From assembly GCA_050251055.1 (NCBI GenBank), contig JBFWNL010000001.1, positions 235,825 to 299,824 of the forward strand: a stretch of 64,000 nt of DNA, given 5' to 3'. The stretch's first letter is position 1; every line of letters starts with the position of its first letter. The position numbers and the translations under genes were made by a program. Source of the DNA: Bacteriovoracia bacterium (GTDB lineage Bacteria > Bdellovibrionota > UBA1018 > JBFWNL01). Under the pieces are notes generated by a model. The model was given only the letters and a program-made list of their open reading frames with translations. It did no database searches and had not been told where the DNA came from. Below, piece after piece: positions 46,256 to 55,476 of this stretch.

Positions 46256-47429
46256 TTTGCTCTATCTCGCGCTCTTGCTCGGGGTCGCAGCGAGCGCTTG
46301 CGGGGGCAAGAACATCCATCGGGATCTCGATGCCGACACCGACGTGCTGGTCCGCCAATGGACGCGCCAAACCCGCAGCAAGTGGCTGGCCGGGGAGCGG
46401 CCAACCGAATATTCGAATCCCGCTCTCCACGAAAACACGCTGCTTTTTGGCAACCAAAGCCGCGGGCTGATGTCGATTTACCCGATCTCCAATCAAGTTC
46501 GCTGGGAAATCGCCATCCCGAACGGGGTGGTAAGCGAGCTACGGGTGGACGGCGAATCGGTCTACTTCGGCGGGGGCGACGGATTCCTCTATTCGGTCCA
46601 TGCAGATACGGGTCGCGTGAATTGGAAATACAACGTTCGCACTCCCTTGATTTCCCGACCAACCGTCAGCGGCGGACGGCTATTCGTTACGACCGCGGAC
46701 GACACGGTCTTCGCATTTGATGCCAGCACCGGCCAGTGGCTCTGGCACTACCGCCGGCGCTCTTCCCCGGCGGCAACCATCCATGGCGCCAGCACCCCTT
46801 TGATCGACGGTAACGAAGCCTTGGTCGGATTGAGCGACGGCTTCTTGGTTGGCTTGGCTGTGGCGGACGGCAAGCTCATCTGGGAGAAAAAGATACACGA
46901 GGGCCGGAAGTTTACCGACGTGGACGCCACGCCCGTGCTCGTGGACCGGACGATCTACATCGCGTCTTACGACGGCGCGCTGTATGCGCTGGACCGCTCG
47001 ACCCGTAACGTCCACTGGCGCGTGGACGCCGGCGGCAGCAAGCGGGTGGAAATCGAAGGCAACCGCATCTATCTGCCCTCGAGCGATGGAAACATTTACG
47101 CCATTGCCCGTGATAGCGGCAAACAGCTTTGGAAGTTCGAGCTAGACGGCGGGGCCCCCACTCAGGTCATCGTCACCGATAAACAAATTATCGTAGGATC
47201 CTCTTATCAGTATCTTTACGTCCTCGATAAGGCGAATGGGACCGGGCTTTACCGGTTTAACGCGGGCTACGGCAGCGGGTTCTCGGGCTCGCCGCTGTAC
47301 GAGGCTAAAAATCATCGCCTCTATTTGCTATCCGGAGGCGGCAATCTGATGGCGTTCACCGTGCGTCAGCCCCGAACAAAGACATACAAGCTGGGCGCCA
47401 GCGATCCGTATCGATTCTACGAGTTTTAG
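46218..47429 (+). CDS. PQQ-like beta-propeller lipoprotein (BamB-like)
   Basis: Lipobox ASAC; repeated A-x-D-x-x-T-G-x-x-x-W motifs. Confidence 0.82.
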   Translation: MPARPPKNNLSSNLLYLALLLGVAASACGGKNIHRDLDADTDVLVRQWTRQTRSKWLAGERPTEYSNPALHENTLLFGNQSRGLMSIYPISNQVRWEIAIPNGVVSELRVDGESVYFGGGDGFLYSVHADTGRVNWKYNVRTPLISRPTVSGGRLFVTTADDTVFAFDASTGQWLWHYRRRSSPAATIHGASTPLIDGNEALVGLSDGFLVGLAVADGKLIWEKKIHEGRKFTDVDATPVLVDRTIYIASYDGALYALDRSTRNVHWRVDAGGSKRVEIEGNRIYLPSSDGNIYAIARDSGKQLWKFELDGGAPTQVIVTDKQIIVGSSYQYLYVLDKANGTGLYRFNAGYGSGFSGSPLYEAKNHRLYLLSGGGNLMAFTVRQPRTKTYKLGASDPYRFYEF

Positions 47430-48125
47430 TTGAAACTTGTCCTCTTCGACATCGATGGCACGCTGCTTCTCATTCCGGGAGCGGGCCGCAAGGCGTTTTC
47501 ACGCGCTTTCCAAACGGTATACGGTGTCGACGATGACCTGGCGCAGATCCAGTTCGCCGGCGCCACGGACTTCGACGTACTCGACCGACTCATTGTTTCA
47601 CACGGGCTGACCGATACGGCTGTACAGCGCAAAAAATTTATGGAGCTTCTACCCACCGAACTCACCGCCGCCGCGCAGACCGTCATCCCTCAAGTGTACC
47701 CAGGGGTGCGGGAAATATTGAGCGAACTCCACGCCCAGCCAGAAACGTTTGCCCTGGGCCTCGTCACCGGGAATATTGAAAGCTGCGCACGCATCAAGCT
47801 CCTGCACGCGGGCCTATCGGAATTCTTCGTGCAAAATGACTTCGCAGGTGGCTTCGGTTGCGATCACGCACATCGTAGCGAAATCGCGGCCACGGCGCTG
47901 CGTCGCCTCTGTGTGCGCTACCCCCATGGGTTTAGCCAGGTCTACCTAGTAGGGGACACTCCTTCAGATATCGAGGCGGCCCATGCCATCGGGGCCCGGT
48001 CGGTGGCCGTGGCGACTGGCGGAAAGTATTCATTCGCGGATCTTCAGATGCGGGAGCCCCATTGTTGCGTCTCCACGCTGGAAGACACACGCCAGGTATT
48101 GAACTTCTTGGAGGCCACGCCTTGA
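47430..48125 (+). CDS. HAD-family hydrolase
   Basis: FDIDGTL, LVTGN, VGDTPSD. Confidence 0.9.
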   Translation: MKLVLFDIDGTLLLIPGAGRKAFSRAFQTVYGVDDDLAQIQFAGATDFDVLDRLIVSHGLTDTAVQRKKFMELLPTELTAAAQTVIPQVYPGVREILSELHAQPETFALGLVTGNIESCARIKLLHAGLSEFFVQNDFAGGFGCDHAHRSEIAATALRRLCVRYPHGFSQVYLVGDTPSDIEAAHAIGARSVAVATGGKYSFADLQMREPHCCVSTLEDTRQVLNFLEATP

Positions 48126-49348
48126 AACACCGGTGTCGCTCTTACCTCCTGGCATTCCTGACGCTATCCCTGCCTATCGCGGGTGGGTCCACCTCGGGCC
48201 TAGCCGACGACTCCCACGCCAGTATCGCCGAACGCCTCCGGACCGCCCGTGCAGAACCGAACGAGGCGGCGCTTTTTCGATTCAGCGCAAACGGTGATCG
48301 TGAAGTGGTGGAGTACCTGCTGCAACGAGGGGTGTCCGTCCACGCCGAAGCCGAAGGCAAGAACAGCGCCCTCAATATTGCCGCCGAGCACGGTCATACC
48401 GAGGCCGCGCGGGTACTGCTCGATTTCGGCGCCAGCATCGACCATCAAAACGGATTCGGCCTCACGCCACTGATGTCGGCCGCACGGCTGGGCCACACGC
48501 AAACCGTGAAGCTGCTGCTTGAACGCCGGGCCCGTCTAGATGTAGCGGACCGAAAAGGCAACAACGCCCTCATCTACAGCTTGAACTCCGCCAGCACACG
48601 CGCCGAAGTGGCCTTACTGCTCGCGAAAAATGGCGACAAAGCCAGCGCCAATAGTGTCGACGGAAAGTTCCAGAATCGCAGCGCCCTCATCTGGTCGGCG
48701 GAGCTGGGCTACGCGGCGGTCGTTCAGGAGCTGCTCGTTAAGGGCGCGCAGATCGACTATCGGGCGGACGATGGGCTAAGCGCTTTGGAAGTAGCCGTGG
48801 AGAAAAATCGGCAGGATGTGGTCGCCTTGCTCTTGAAGAAAGGCGCTTCTCCCTTGCAAAAAGACCGACGCGGGCAGCCGTTGCTTTTACGCGTGGCGCG
48901 CCTGGGCAATCCCGCTTTGCTAACGCTGTTTCTGGACAGTAAGCCCAGCCTGATTCACACCACGGATAAAAACGGAAACACCCTGCTGATGCTCGCGGCC
49001 TTGGCGGGGGACGCCGACGGCTCGCAGTTTCTCCTAGGTAAAGGCGCGCGCGCGAAAGACCGGAATACGATGGGGGATACGGCTTTGTCACTGGCCGCGA
49101 TCCAGGGACATCCGGAAGTAGTGAAGGTCTTGCTGCAACGTGGAGCAGATGCGAACGCCGTCAATAAAGGCGGCCGGACCCCACTCATGTGGGCCTCCGC
49201 GAACGGCCACGTCGACGTTGTTTTCGCACTGCTCAAGGGCGGCGCCAAAACGGGAATCCGCGATAAATCGGGGGTCACGGCCCTGAACCTAGCGCGCGAG
49301 GGTGGCCATCAGGAAGCCGTAAAGCTCTTAGAACGCTCCCGCCAGTAA
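48122..49348 (+). CDS. Exported ankyrin-repeat protein (about 10 repeats)
   Basis: Repeated G-x-T-[AP]-L-x-x-A...G...V-x-x-LL-x-x-GA motifs; N-terminal signal-like segment; TTG overlaps the upstream stop. Confidence 0.9.
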   Translation: MKHRCRSYLLAFLTLSLPIAGGSTSGLADDSHASIAERLRTARAEPNEAALFRFSANGDREVVEYLLQRGVSVHAEAEGKNSALNIAAEHGHTEAARVLLDFGASIDHQNGFGLTPLMSAARLGHTQTVKLLLERRARLDVADRKGNNALIYSLNSASTRAEVALLLAKNGDKASANSVDGKFQNRSALIWSAELGYAAVVQELLVKGAQIDYRADDGLSALEVAVEKNRQDVVALLLKKGASPLQKDRRGQPLLLRVARLGNPALLTLFLDSKPSLIHTTDKNGNTLLMLAALAGDADGSQFLLGKGARAKDRNTMGDTALSLAAIQGHPEVVKVLLQRGADANAVNKGGRTPLMWASANGHVDVVFALLKGGAKTGIRDKSGVTALNLAREGGHQEAVKLLERSRQ

Positions 49349-49416
49349 CCCCCGCACTCAACTATTTGTTTTGACTGCTTTTTTAGCCTTCATTTTCGGG
49401 CGCTCGGCGCCGATAG

Positions 49417-49534
49417 GCTCTATGACAGTCGCAAGACAGCCCATGACCCCATTCGGATGGAAGGCGCATTGAGGTGGTGTTTGGCAAGATCTCCAAGCAC
49501 GAATACGCCGCCGGAAGAATGGGGTTTTTTCTTT
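49417..49534 (+). ncRNA. Candidate structured RNA upstream of guaC
   Basis: GCAA-capped hairpin, then a long interrupted stem accccattc..gaatggggt followed by a T run; no known family recognised. Confidence 0.4.
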
Positions 49535-49559
49535 CCAAGGCTCCCGATATAAATCCCAG

Positions 49560-50573
49560 ATGAATAACCAATCGATCACTTACGACGACGTCTTGCTCGT
49601 CCCTTCCTACAATCACCACGAGTCTCGTCGCGTCGTGGATATCTCGATGCTCGATAAGACGGGCAAACTCAAACTGGGATTGCCGCTCATGACGGCTAAC
49701 ATGGACACCATCACGGAAAGCGCGATGGCCAATTTCATTGGGGGAAAAGGCGGGATCGGCGTACTCCACCGCTTTATGACGATCGACAAGAACGTGGAAG
49801 AGTTCAAGAAGTGCAAGCACTCGACCTTCGTATCCGTGGGCTGCTCGGAGAAGGATCTTGAGCGCGCGGCGACTTTGCGCGATGCGGGCGCGAACTACTT
49901 TTGCCTGGATGTCGCCCATGCCCACGCGAAGTATGTTGGCAAAACCTTGAAGCAGCTGCGGGACCTGCTGCCCGAAGCCTGCATCATGGCAGGCAATGTC
50001 GCCACTTACGCGGGCGCCGACTACCTGGCCTCTTGTGGAGCGGACATTATCAAGGTTGGCATTGGCGGCGGATCGGTTTGCAGCACGCGAATCAAGACAG
50101 GTTTTGGCGTTCCCATGGTTACCTCACTTCTACAATGCGCCAAGGTGGACCGTTCCATCGTCGCCGACGGGGGCATTCGCACCTCCGGCGACATCGTGAA
50201 GGCCCTGGCCTTCGGCGCCGATTTCGTGATGGTCGGCGGCATCTTTGCCGGCACCCGTCCAACGCCAGGGGAAACCGTGACGGATCCAAAAACGGGTAAG
50301 CTTGCCAAACAATACCGCGGCATGGCGAGCCGGGAAGCCCAGGAAGACTTCATGGGCGGAATGCCCGAATGGAAAACGGCGGAAGGCGTAGCAACCCACG
50401 TGCCCTATCGTGAAGACGAAGAGGTGATCGTGGCGGATATTATCGGCGGACTCCGCTCGGGGCTGACTTATGGCGGCTCGAACACCATTCGCGAGCTTCA
50501 GCGCAAATTGGATTACGTCGTGGTCACCCCGGCGGGTCGAGTCGAAAGCCTGCCTCATAAACTGATGACTTGA
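49560..50573 (+). CDS. guaC: GMP reductase (IMPDH/GMPR family, no CBS domains)
   Basis: YDDVLLVP, ANMDT, LHRF, DVAHAH, GIGGGSVCSTR, ADGG, YRGMAS, AEG; the short length favours GMPR over IMPDH. Confidence 0.8.
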   Translation: MNNQSITYDDVLLVPSYNHHESRRVVDISMLDKTGKLKLGLPLMTANMDTITESAMANFIGGKGGIGVLHRFMTIDKNVEEFKKCKHSTFVSVGCSEKDLERAATLRDAGANYFCLDVAHAHAKYVGKTLKQLRDLLPEACIMAGNVATYAGADYLASCGADIIKVGIGGGSVCSTRIKTGFGVPMVTSLLQCAKVDRSIVADGGIRTSGDIVKALAFGADFVMVGGIFAGTRPTPGETVTDPKTGKLAKQYRGMASREAQEDFMGGMPEWKTAEGVATHVPYREDEEVIVADIIGGLRSGLTYGGSNTIRELQRKLDYVVVTPAGRVESLPHKLMT

Positions 50574-50641
50574 CTTCAGCGGCGAAGCTACCGAAGATTC
50601 CCCCAATTAGTAAAACTTGCAGTATTTCTAAGGAAGAGGGA

Positions 50642-51025
50642 ATGCGTATGTCTCAGTTCATGCTAACGATCGCGCTTGCGCTCGGCTTGGGTCTCGGCTC
50701 GGTGAGTTCCGCCTATAGCGCGTGCCCCGTAGTGGATGCCAAGGCGAACGACTCCACGTTCGGCGTAGCCGGCGCTAAACAGGACGCCATCGACCAGGCC
50801 TCGAAAGTGGCGATCGAAGGCGCGCAAGAAATTTGCGGCACGATGATTGCCGAAAAGTGCAAAAGCGCATCGCGCGGCAAGTGCATGGTCGACGCGGACA
50901 ACACGGAATACATGGGTGAAGCTTACTCGGTCCGCTACTGCGACCTGGATAAGGTAGCCAAGGAGTGGACCTGCGTCGTGCGCGCCGACGTAAAGTGCTC
51001 CAACCAGTGCGTCGATAAAAAGTAA
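50642..51025 (+). CDS. Small secreted 8-Cys protein
   Basis: SD aggaagaggg, signal peptide, 8 Cys in about 100 mature residues. Confidence 0.75.
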   Translation: MRMSQFMLTIALALGLGLGSVSSAYSACPVVDAKANDSTFGVAGAKQDAIDQASKVAIEGAQEICGTMIAEKCKSASRGKCMVDADNTEYMGEAYSVRYCDLDKVAKEWTCVVRADVKCSNQCVDKK

Positions 51026-51035
51026 GCGCTCGACG

Positions 51036-51929
51036 CTAGTCTTCTAGAATATACGAAAGGGGATCCACCGGGATCTTATTCACGCGCACTTCGTAGTGCA
51101 CGTGAGGCCCGGTGGATTGTCCCGAGCTTCCCATGAGCGCGATCGGTTGACCGCGCTTGACCGTCTGGTCGCGTTTTATCAAAATTTTTCGCAAGTGCCC
51201 GTACCATGTCTCAAGTCCATAGCCATGGTCTAAGACCACTATATTGCCATAACCGCCTTTGATCCCCGAAAAAGACACGAGTCCGTCCGCCGTGGCGCGA
51301 ATCGTGGTGCCGGAGTGGTTGGCGATATCCACGCCTTCGTGCATCTTCGTCGTACCGCCGATCGGAGCGTCGCGTACGCCAAACCCAGAAGTAAAATACC
51401 CGATGGCTGGTTTGCGGGTGGGGAGCGCGGCGAAGTAGGCCTTCTGCTCGATCAATAGCTCATACAGCTCGTGCAGGGTTTCTTCAGATCGCAACATTTG
51501 CCGGTAGGTCTCATCCAGCTCGGGCTCTAAGCGATCCCAAGCCAGCGCGCGTGGAGCCGGCCGAGCATTCGAGGACAGATCCCCCACGGGAACCGCCGGT
51601 GCCGAGCCCTTGTCTTTCAAATCGGCGATTACGCGCAAACGTTGGGCGAAGAGGTCCAGCTGATCGAGCTCAAACCGGGCGTGATCGATACGGGAGCGGT
51701 ATTCCTGAATTTGCTGCCGCAAATGCCGGTTTTCGATGCGAATATCGCGCGTTTTTTCCACCTGACTGACGGAGCTCCAGTAGTCGAGCGAAAGAATCAA
51801 CGCGAGCACTAGGCCCACGGCACCGAGCCACATCGCCCGGCGCAACCACCGCATAGGGATGGAGAAGCGCCGATAGCGAGGGCTTTTCTCGGGAATGAGA
51901 ACCACGGTGAGGGAGTTTTCTGGAAACAT
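51036..51929 (-). CDS. M23 family peptidoglycan endopeptidase
   Basis: TM plus coiled coil; HEGVD, YGH, STGPHVHYEV. Confidence 0.92.
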   Translation of the reverse strand: MFPENSLTVVLIPEKSPRYRRFSIPMRWLRRAMWLGAVGLVLALILSLDYWSSVSQVEKTRDIRIENRHLRQQIQEYRSRIDHARFELDQLDLFAQRLRVIADLKDKGSAPAVPVGDLSSNARPAPRALAWDRLEPELDETYRQMLRSEETLHELYELLIEQKAYFAALPTRKPAIGYFTSGFGVRDAPIGGTTKMHEGVDIANHSGTTIRATADGLVSFSGIKGGYGNIVVLDHGYGLETWYGHLRKILIKRDQTVKRGQPIALMGSSGQSTGPHVHYEVRVNKIPVDPLSYILED

Positions 51930-51970
51930 CCATTGCCTAGGCTAACATAGATCCGGTAAATTGAAGGCAT

Positions 51971-52405
51971 ATGAAAACCCAGGCTCAAACCATGACCAGC
52001 TGGATCGGATATGCGCTCCTGCTGGCCGCCATCTCCGGCGGCTGTAAGGAAAAGTCAGCGGGGAGCGCCGCCAAAGAGGTGCAAGCGATGAACGCGATGG
52101 AAGCTTTCGGGATGATTCAAAACGACTTCGGAGTGCTCGTCGACGTACGCGAAGAATCCGAAGTGAAAGAGGGCATGGCCGCACCCGCGCTTTGGTTTCC
52201 CACCAGCCAAATGAAGGACGACTCCGCCGAATGGAAGGCCTTCTTGGAAAAGCTCCCCAAGAACAAAAAGATCATCTTCTACTGCGCCGCCGGTGGCCGC
52301 GCCGGCAAGGTGGCCACGAAGCTATCCACCATGGGGTACCAAACGGCCAATGCCGGCGGATTTAGCGACTGGGTCGCCGCCAAGCTCCCCGTAAAAAAGC
52401 CTTAA
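51971..52405 (+). CDS. Rhodanese-like lipoprotein
   Basis: Lipobox-like SGGC; VDVRE, YCAAGGRA, GGFSDW. Confidence 0.85.
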   Translation: MKTQAQTMTSWIGYALLLAAISGGCKEKSAGSAAKEVQAMNAMEAFGMIQNDFGVLVDVREESEVKEGMAAPALWFPTSQMKDDSAEWKAFLEKLPKNKKIIFYCAAGGRAGKVATKLSTMGYQTANAGGFSDWVAAKLPVKKP

Positions 52406-52406
52406 A

Positions 52407-53549
52407 TTAGATTTTTAACTTAACGACGATGGGCAAATGATCCGAGAAGCCTAGCTCCGCCTCTTTGGTGGTAGAGAAGTTGTAATCCATGGGGATGTAA
52501 CCCGCCTTCGCGTCCTGCTTGCACATGAAGCGCGCCACGAAGATCTGAAAAGTATCGAGCATCACCGAGGGGCCACGCTTAGCATCGATCAGATTCTTAC
52601 TCACGACGAAGCGATCCAGTTTCTGCCAGCCCCCCGAACGATAAAAATACGAAAACGGCGGCATGAAATCCCGGTTGGGGTTGCCACGCGTCATCGATAG
52701 GTTCTGTACGTCCACCAGCGCATTTTCCCACTTCGCGCTCTGGATCAAATCGTCAAACGCATTCGGCTTTTCGTTCGGGAGCGTATTAAAATCGCCCATT
52801 ACGAAAACGAGGTACTTATCCTTGCCAAACTTCTGAGTGTACTTGTCGATGGCGTCCTTCAGGTACTGGGCGGAAGCTACGCGCTTGGTGGGGCCAGCGG
52901 CCTGAGATGGCCAGTGGTTGGCATAGATCGCGAAAACCTTGCCCTCGTTCGCCTTGCCCGGCAAACGGAAGTGCACGCGCAGGATATTGCGCGTAGGTTT
53001 CGTTTCAAATTCCGAGCCCGAGAATTGAATTTCTTCGTGATCAATGTACGTAAGCTTGTCTTGATTGTAGAGCAAGGCCACGTCAATGCCACGCTCGTCC
53101 GGGCTATTGGTAATCAAATAGCGATCGTAGCCGAGGACTTGAGCGAGATTTTTGGCGACATTCTCGTTCTCGATTTCCTCGATGGCGAGCGCATCCGGGA
53201 GGGGCCCCTGGGCGGTCAAAACTTTCTTGATTTGACGAAGCTTCAGTTGAAACTTCGCTTCCGTCCAGTCGGTCTCCATGCACTGTTTCTTGTAGTAGCC
53301 TTCGCTCATTTGGGCGCAGTACTCCGCCTTGCCCGGAGTGCCCAAGGGGAGAAAGGAATAGTCCTCTTTGCCCTGATCATGCTGAGCATCGAAGAGATTG
53401 AGCATGTTATAGGCAGCAATCTTGATTTCGTTGCTCGCCACCGGGATCGGTTCGCCCTTCGGCTCCCAAGCCTGTGCGTTCGCGGCCAACAAAACGCCGC
53501 ACAGCGTTGAAATAGTGGAGAAAATACAAACAGTACGAGCTTTGTGCAT
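52407..53549 (-). CDS. Secreted endonuclease/exonuclease/phosphatase family protein
   Basis: YNMLNLFD, EIEN, DERGIDV, NHWPS, MGDFN, LD, FSDHLP. Confidence 0.9.
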   Translation of the reverse strand: MHKARTVCIFSTISTLCGVLLAANAQAWEPKGEPIPVASNEIKIAAYNMLNLFDAQHDQGKEDYSFLPLGTPGKAEYCAQMSEGYYKKQCMETDWTEAKFQLKLRQIKKVLTAQGPLPDALAIEEIENENVAKNLAQVLGYDRYLITNSPDERGIDVALLYNQDKLTYIDHEEIQFSGSEFETKPTRNILRVHFRLPGKANEGKVFAIYANHWPSQAAGPTKRVASAQYLKDAIDKYTQKFGKDKYLVFVMGDFNTLPNEKPNAFDDLIQSAKWENALVDVQNLSMTRGNPNRDFMPPFSYFYRSGGWQKLDRFVVSKNLIDAKRGPSVMLDTFQIFVARFMCKQDAKAGYIPMDYNFSTTKEAELGFSDHLPIVVKLKI

Positions 53550-53657
53550 GAATGCCCCCCGAGAGCATGGTTAAGTTTTCGCGGAAAAGATAAGGGTGGG
53601 CTCCCGAGAAAGCAAATAGTCCTCTTATTTTTTTTCTGTTATGAGCTGCATTAGAAA

Positions 53658-54350
53658 ATGCGGCTAAACTTCACGAACGATTACATATTTTTTACGCGAC
53701 AGGGCGAAGGAAAGTACACGGGGGTCCCCTCTGTCTTCGTGCGTCTTTCGGGATGTAATTTGCGCTGCACTTGGTGTGACACGCCGTATTCAAGTCATGC
53801 TCCGGAGCGCCTTTCGCACACGGTGGAAGAAACACTCGAGCGCCTCTTGGCTTTTGATTGTGAGCACGTCGTGGTCACCGGCGGCGAACCTTTCTTACAG
53901 CCGGGCGTGAAGGCCCTCATCGATGGATTAGTGGATGCCGGCAGATTCGTGACGGTCGAGACCAACGGCACGATTGCGCTCGAAACGAAGGCGCAGTTTC
54001 TCAGCATTAGTCCGAAGCTGGGTAATTCAACTGGGCCCCAGACCGTTGGAAATCACGAAAAACTCCGACTGGACCTCGACACTTTGGTGAAGCTCGTGCA
54101 AGTCCCACATCAGTTGAAGTTTGTCGTTTCAAGCGAAGAGGACGTGCGCGAAGTGCAGTCGATCACAAAAGAGCTTCGGACACGGCTAGGGGAGTATGAC
54201 GAATCGAACGTCATGCTCATGCCCCAAGGGGTTTCGGTCCCGGCCCTCGATGCCGGTCTCGCCTGGATCCGACCGCGTGCCGAGAAGTTAGGCTGGGCGG
54301 TCAGCGATCGCTTTCACGTAAGGCACTACGGCAATCGGAGGGGCGTGTGA
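53658..54350 (+). CDS. queE: 7-carboxy-7-deazaguanine synthase (radical SAM)
   Basis: QGEG, CNLRCTWCDT, TGGEP, ETNG, SPK. Confidence 0.93.
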   Translation: MRLNFTNDYIFFTRQGEGKYTGVPSVFVRLSGCNLRCTWCDTPYSSHAPERLSHTVEETLERLLAFDCEHVVVTGGEPFLQPGVKALIDGLVDAGRFVTVETNGTIALETKAQFLSISPKLGNSTGPQTVGNHEKLRLDLDTLVKLVQVPHQLKFVVSSEEDVREVQSITKELRTRLGEYDESNVMLMPQGVSVPALDAGLAWIRPRAEKLGWAVSDRFHVRHYGNRRGV

Positions 54351-55009
54351 GCACGGCTTTGGTGTTGCTATCGGGTGGCCAAGACAGTGCGACTTGCGCC
54401 GCGTGGGCGGCGGCGCGTTTCGAACGCATCGAATGCTTGAGTTTTTTTTATGGCCAGAAACACCGCCGTGAGCTCGAGGCGGCCGAACGAATCGCGGCGC
54501 TCTTTCGTGCACCATGGCGGACGGTGGATATCCCGGCCCTTTACGCGCACCCGTCTTCCAGCCTGACGAATTCCAAGCTGGCGCATGCCGCTACGGCGCA
54601 AGGAGAGCTTCCTGTTTCTTTCGTGCCAGGGCGCAACCTGATTTTCTTAACGACCGCGGCCTCGCTCGCGCTGGGTCGAGGAATCGCCGATATCGTGACC
54701 GGAGTATGCCAGACCGATTACTCGGGGTATCCCGATTGCCGAGCCGACACGATTTCCGCGCTCGAGCGCGCATTGAAACTCGGCAATGCTGGCTTCGGCC
54801 GCGCGGCGGACCTGCGCATCCACACCCCACTCATGGAACTCACCAAGGCCCAGACCGTGAAAATGGCACGCGAACTTCCTAAAGGCTGGGAAGCGCTCGC
54901 CATGTCGTGGACCTGCTACGAAGGTGGCGCCAAGCCCTGTGGCGAATGCCCCGCTTGCGAGTTACGCAAGAAAGGCTTTGCCGAAGCCGGCGAAACGGAC
55001 CCCGCATGA
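54347..55009 (+). CDS. queC: 7-cyano-7-deazaguanine synthase
   Basis: SGGQDS, YGQKH, FVPGRN, YPDCR, TCY..CGECPAC. Confidence 0.95.
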   Translation: MSTALVLLSGGQDSATCAAWAAARFERIECLSFFYGQKHRRELEAAERIAALFRAPWRTVDIPALYAHPSSSLTNSKLAHAATAQGELPVSFVPGRNLIFLTTAASLALGRGIADIVTGVCQTDYSGYPDCRADTISALERALKLGNAGFGRAADLRIHTPLMELTKAQTVKMARELPKGWEALAMSWTCYEGGAKPCGECPACELRKKGFAEAGETDPA

Positions 55010-55347
55010 CGAAGCTTTCCCGGCCCGTGCTGGCGCTCGCCGTTGCCCACCTTTTCGCGTGCGCCACCGGTGTGCGCCCCTGCTCCCAAGGAGGGGACGC
55101 CACCTGGATCCCGGAAATCGACAAGAAGATCCGAGGCGACCAGATCTGCTACCAACGCACGTTTGATGGAGTGGAGCTCAACGACGGCGTCTTTCTTCAG
55201 AAGTACAAAAGCGGGAAGACCGCCGTCGAAGGCCAGTTCGTGCGCGGCAAACGCCACGGTACTTGGGTGCAGTACGACGAAAAAGGGAATCGCATCCTCG
55301 AAAAATACTACGAAATGGGTGTCGAGAAGGCTCCCCCCGGCCGCTAG
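55006..55347 (+). CDS. Small lipoprotein with MORN-variant repeats
   Basis: Lipobox LFAC; G-x-x-x-x-x-Y-x-S/N-G repeats; ATGA overlap with queC. Confidence 0.7.
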   Translation: MTKLSRPVLALAVAHLFACATGVRPCSQGGDATWIPEIDKKIRGDQICYQRTFDGVELNDGVFLQKYKSGKTAVEGQFVRGKRHGTWVQYDEKGNRILEKYYEMGVEKAPPGR

Positions 55348-55476
55348 CCCGGCCCACAGGTCCGGCCCGACCCAGCCTGGGTAAACAGCCGGAAACAGGA
55401 ACCGGGAAGAACAGGGGCGATTCCTGTCCCTCCCACCCGAGTCAGACTTAAACTAAGAGGCGAGGGGGAATGGGGC

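Noticed and set aside
53658-55347. queE-queC as a 7-deazaguanine DNA-modification or QatABCD-like defence system
   Set aside because: No dpdA/TGT-like, ATPase or nuclease partners in the operon; the sequences look like ordinary queuosine-pathway enzymes.
55006-55347. MORN-variant protein as an antitoxin (YwqK-like)
   Set aside because: No adjacent toxin gene; the lipobox suggests a generic envelope lipoprotein.
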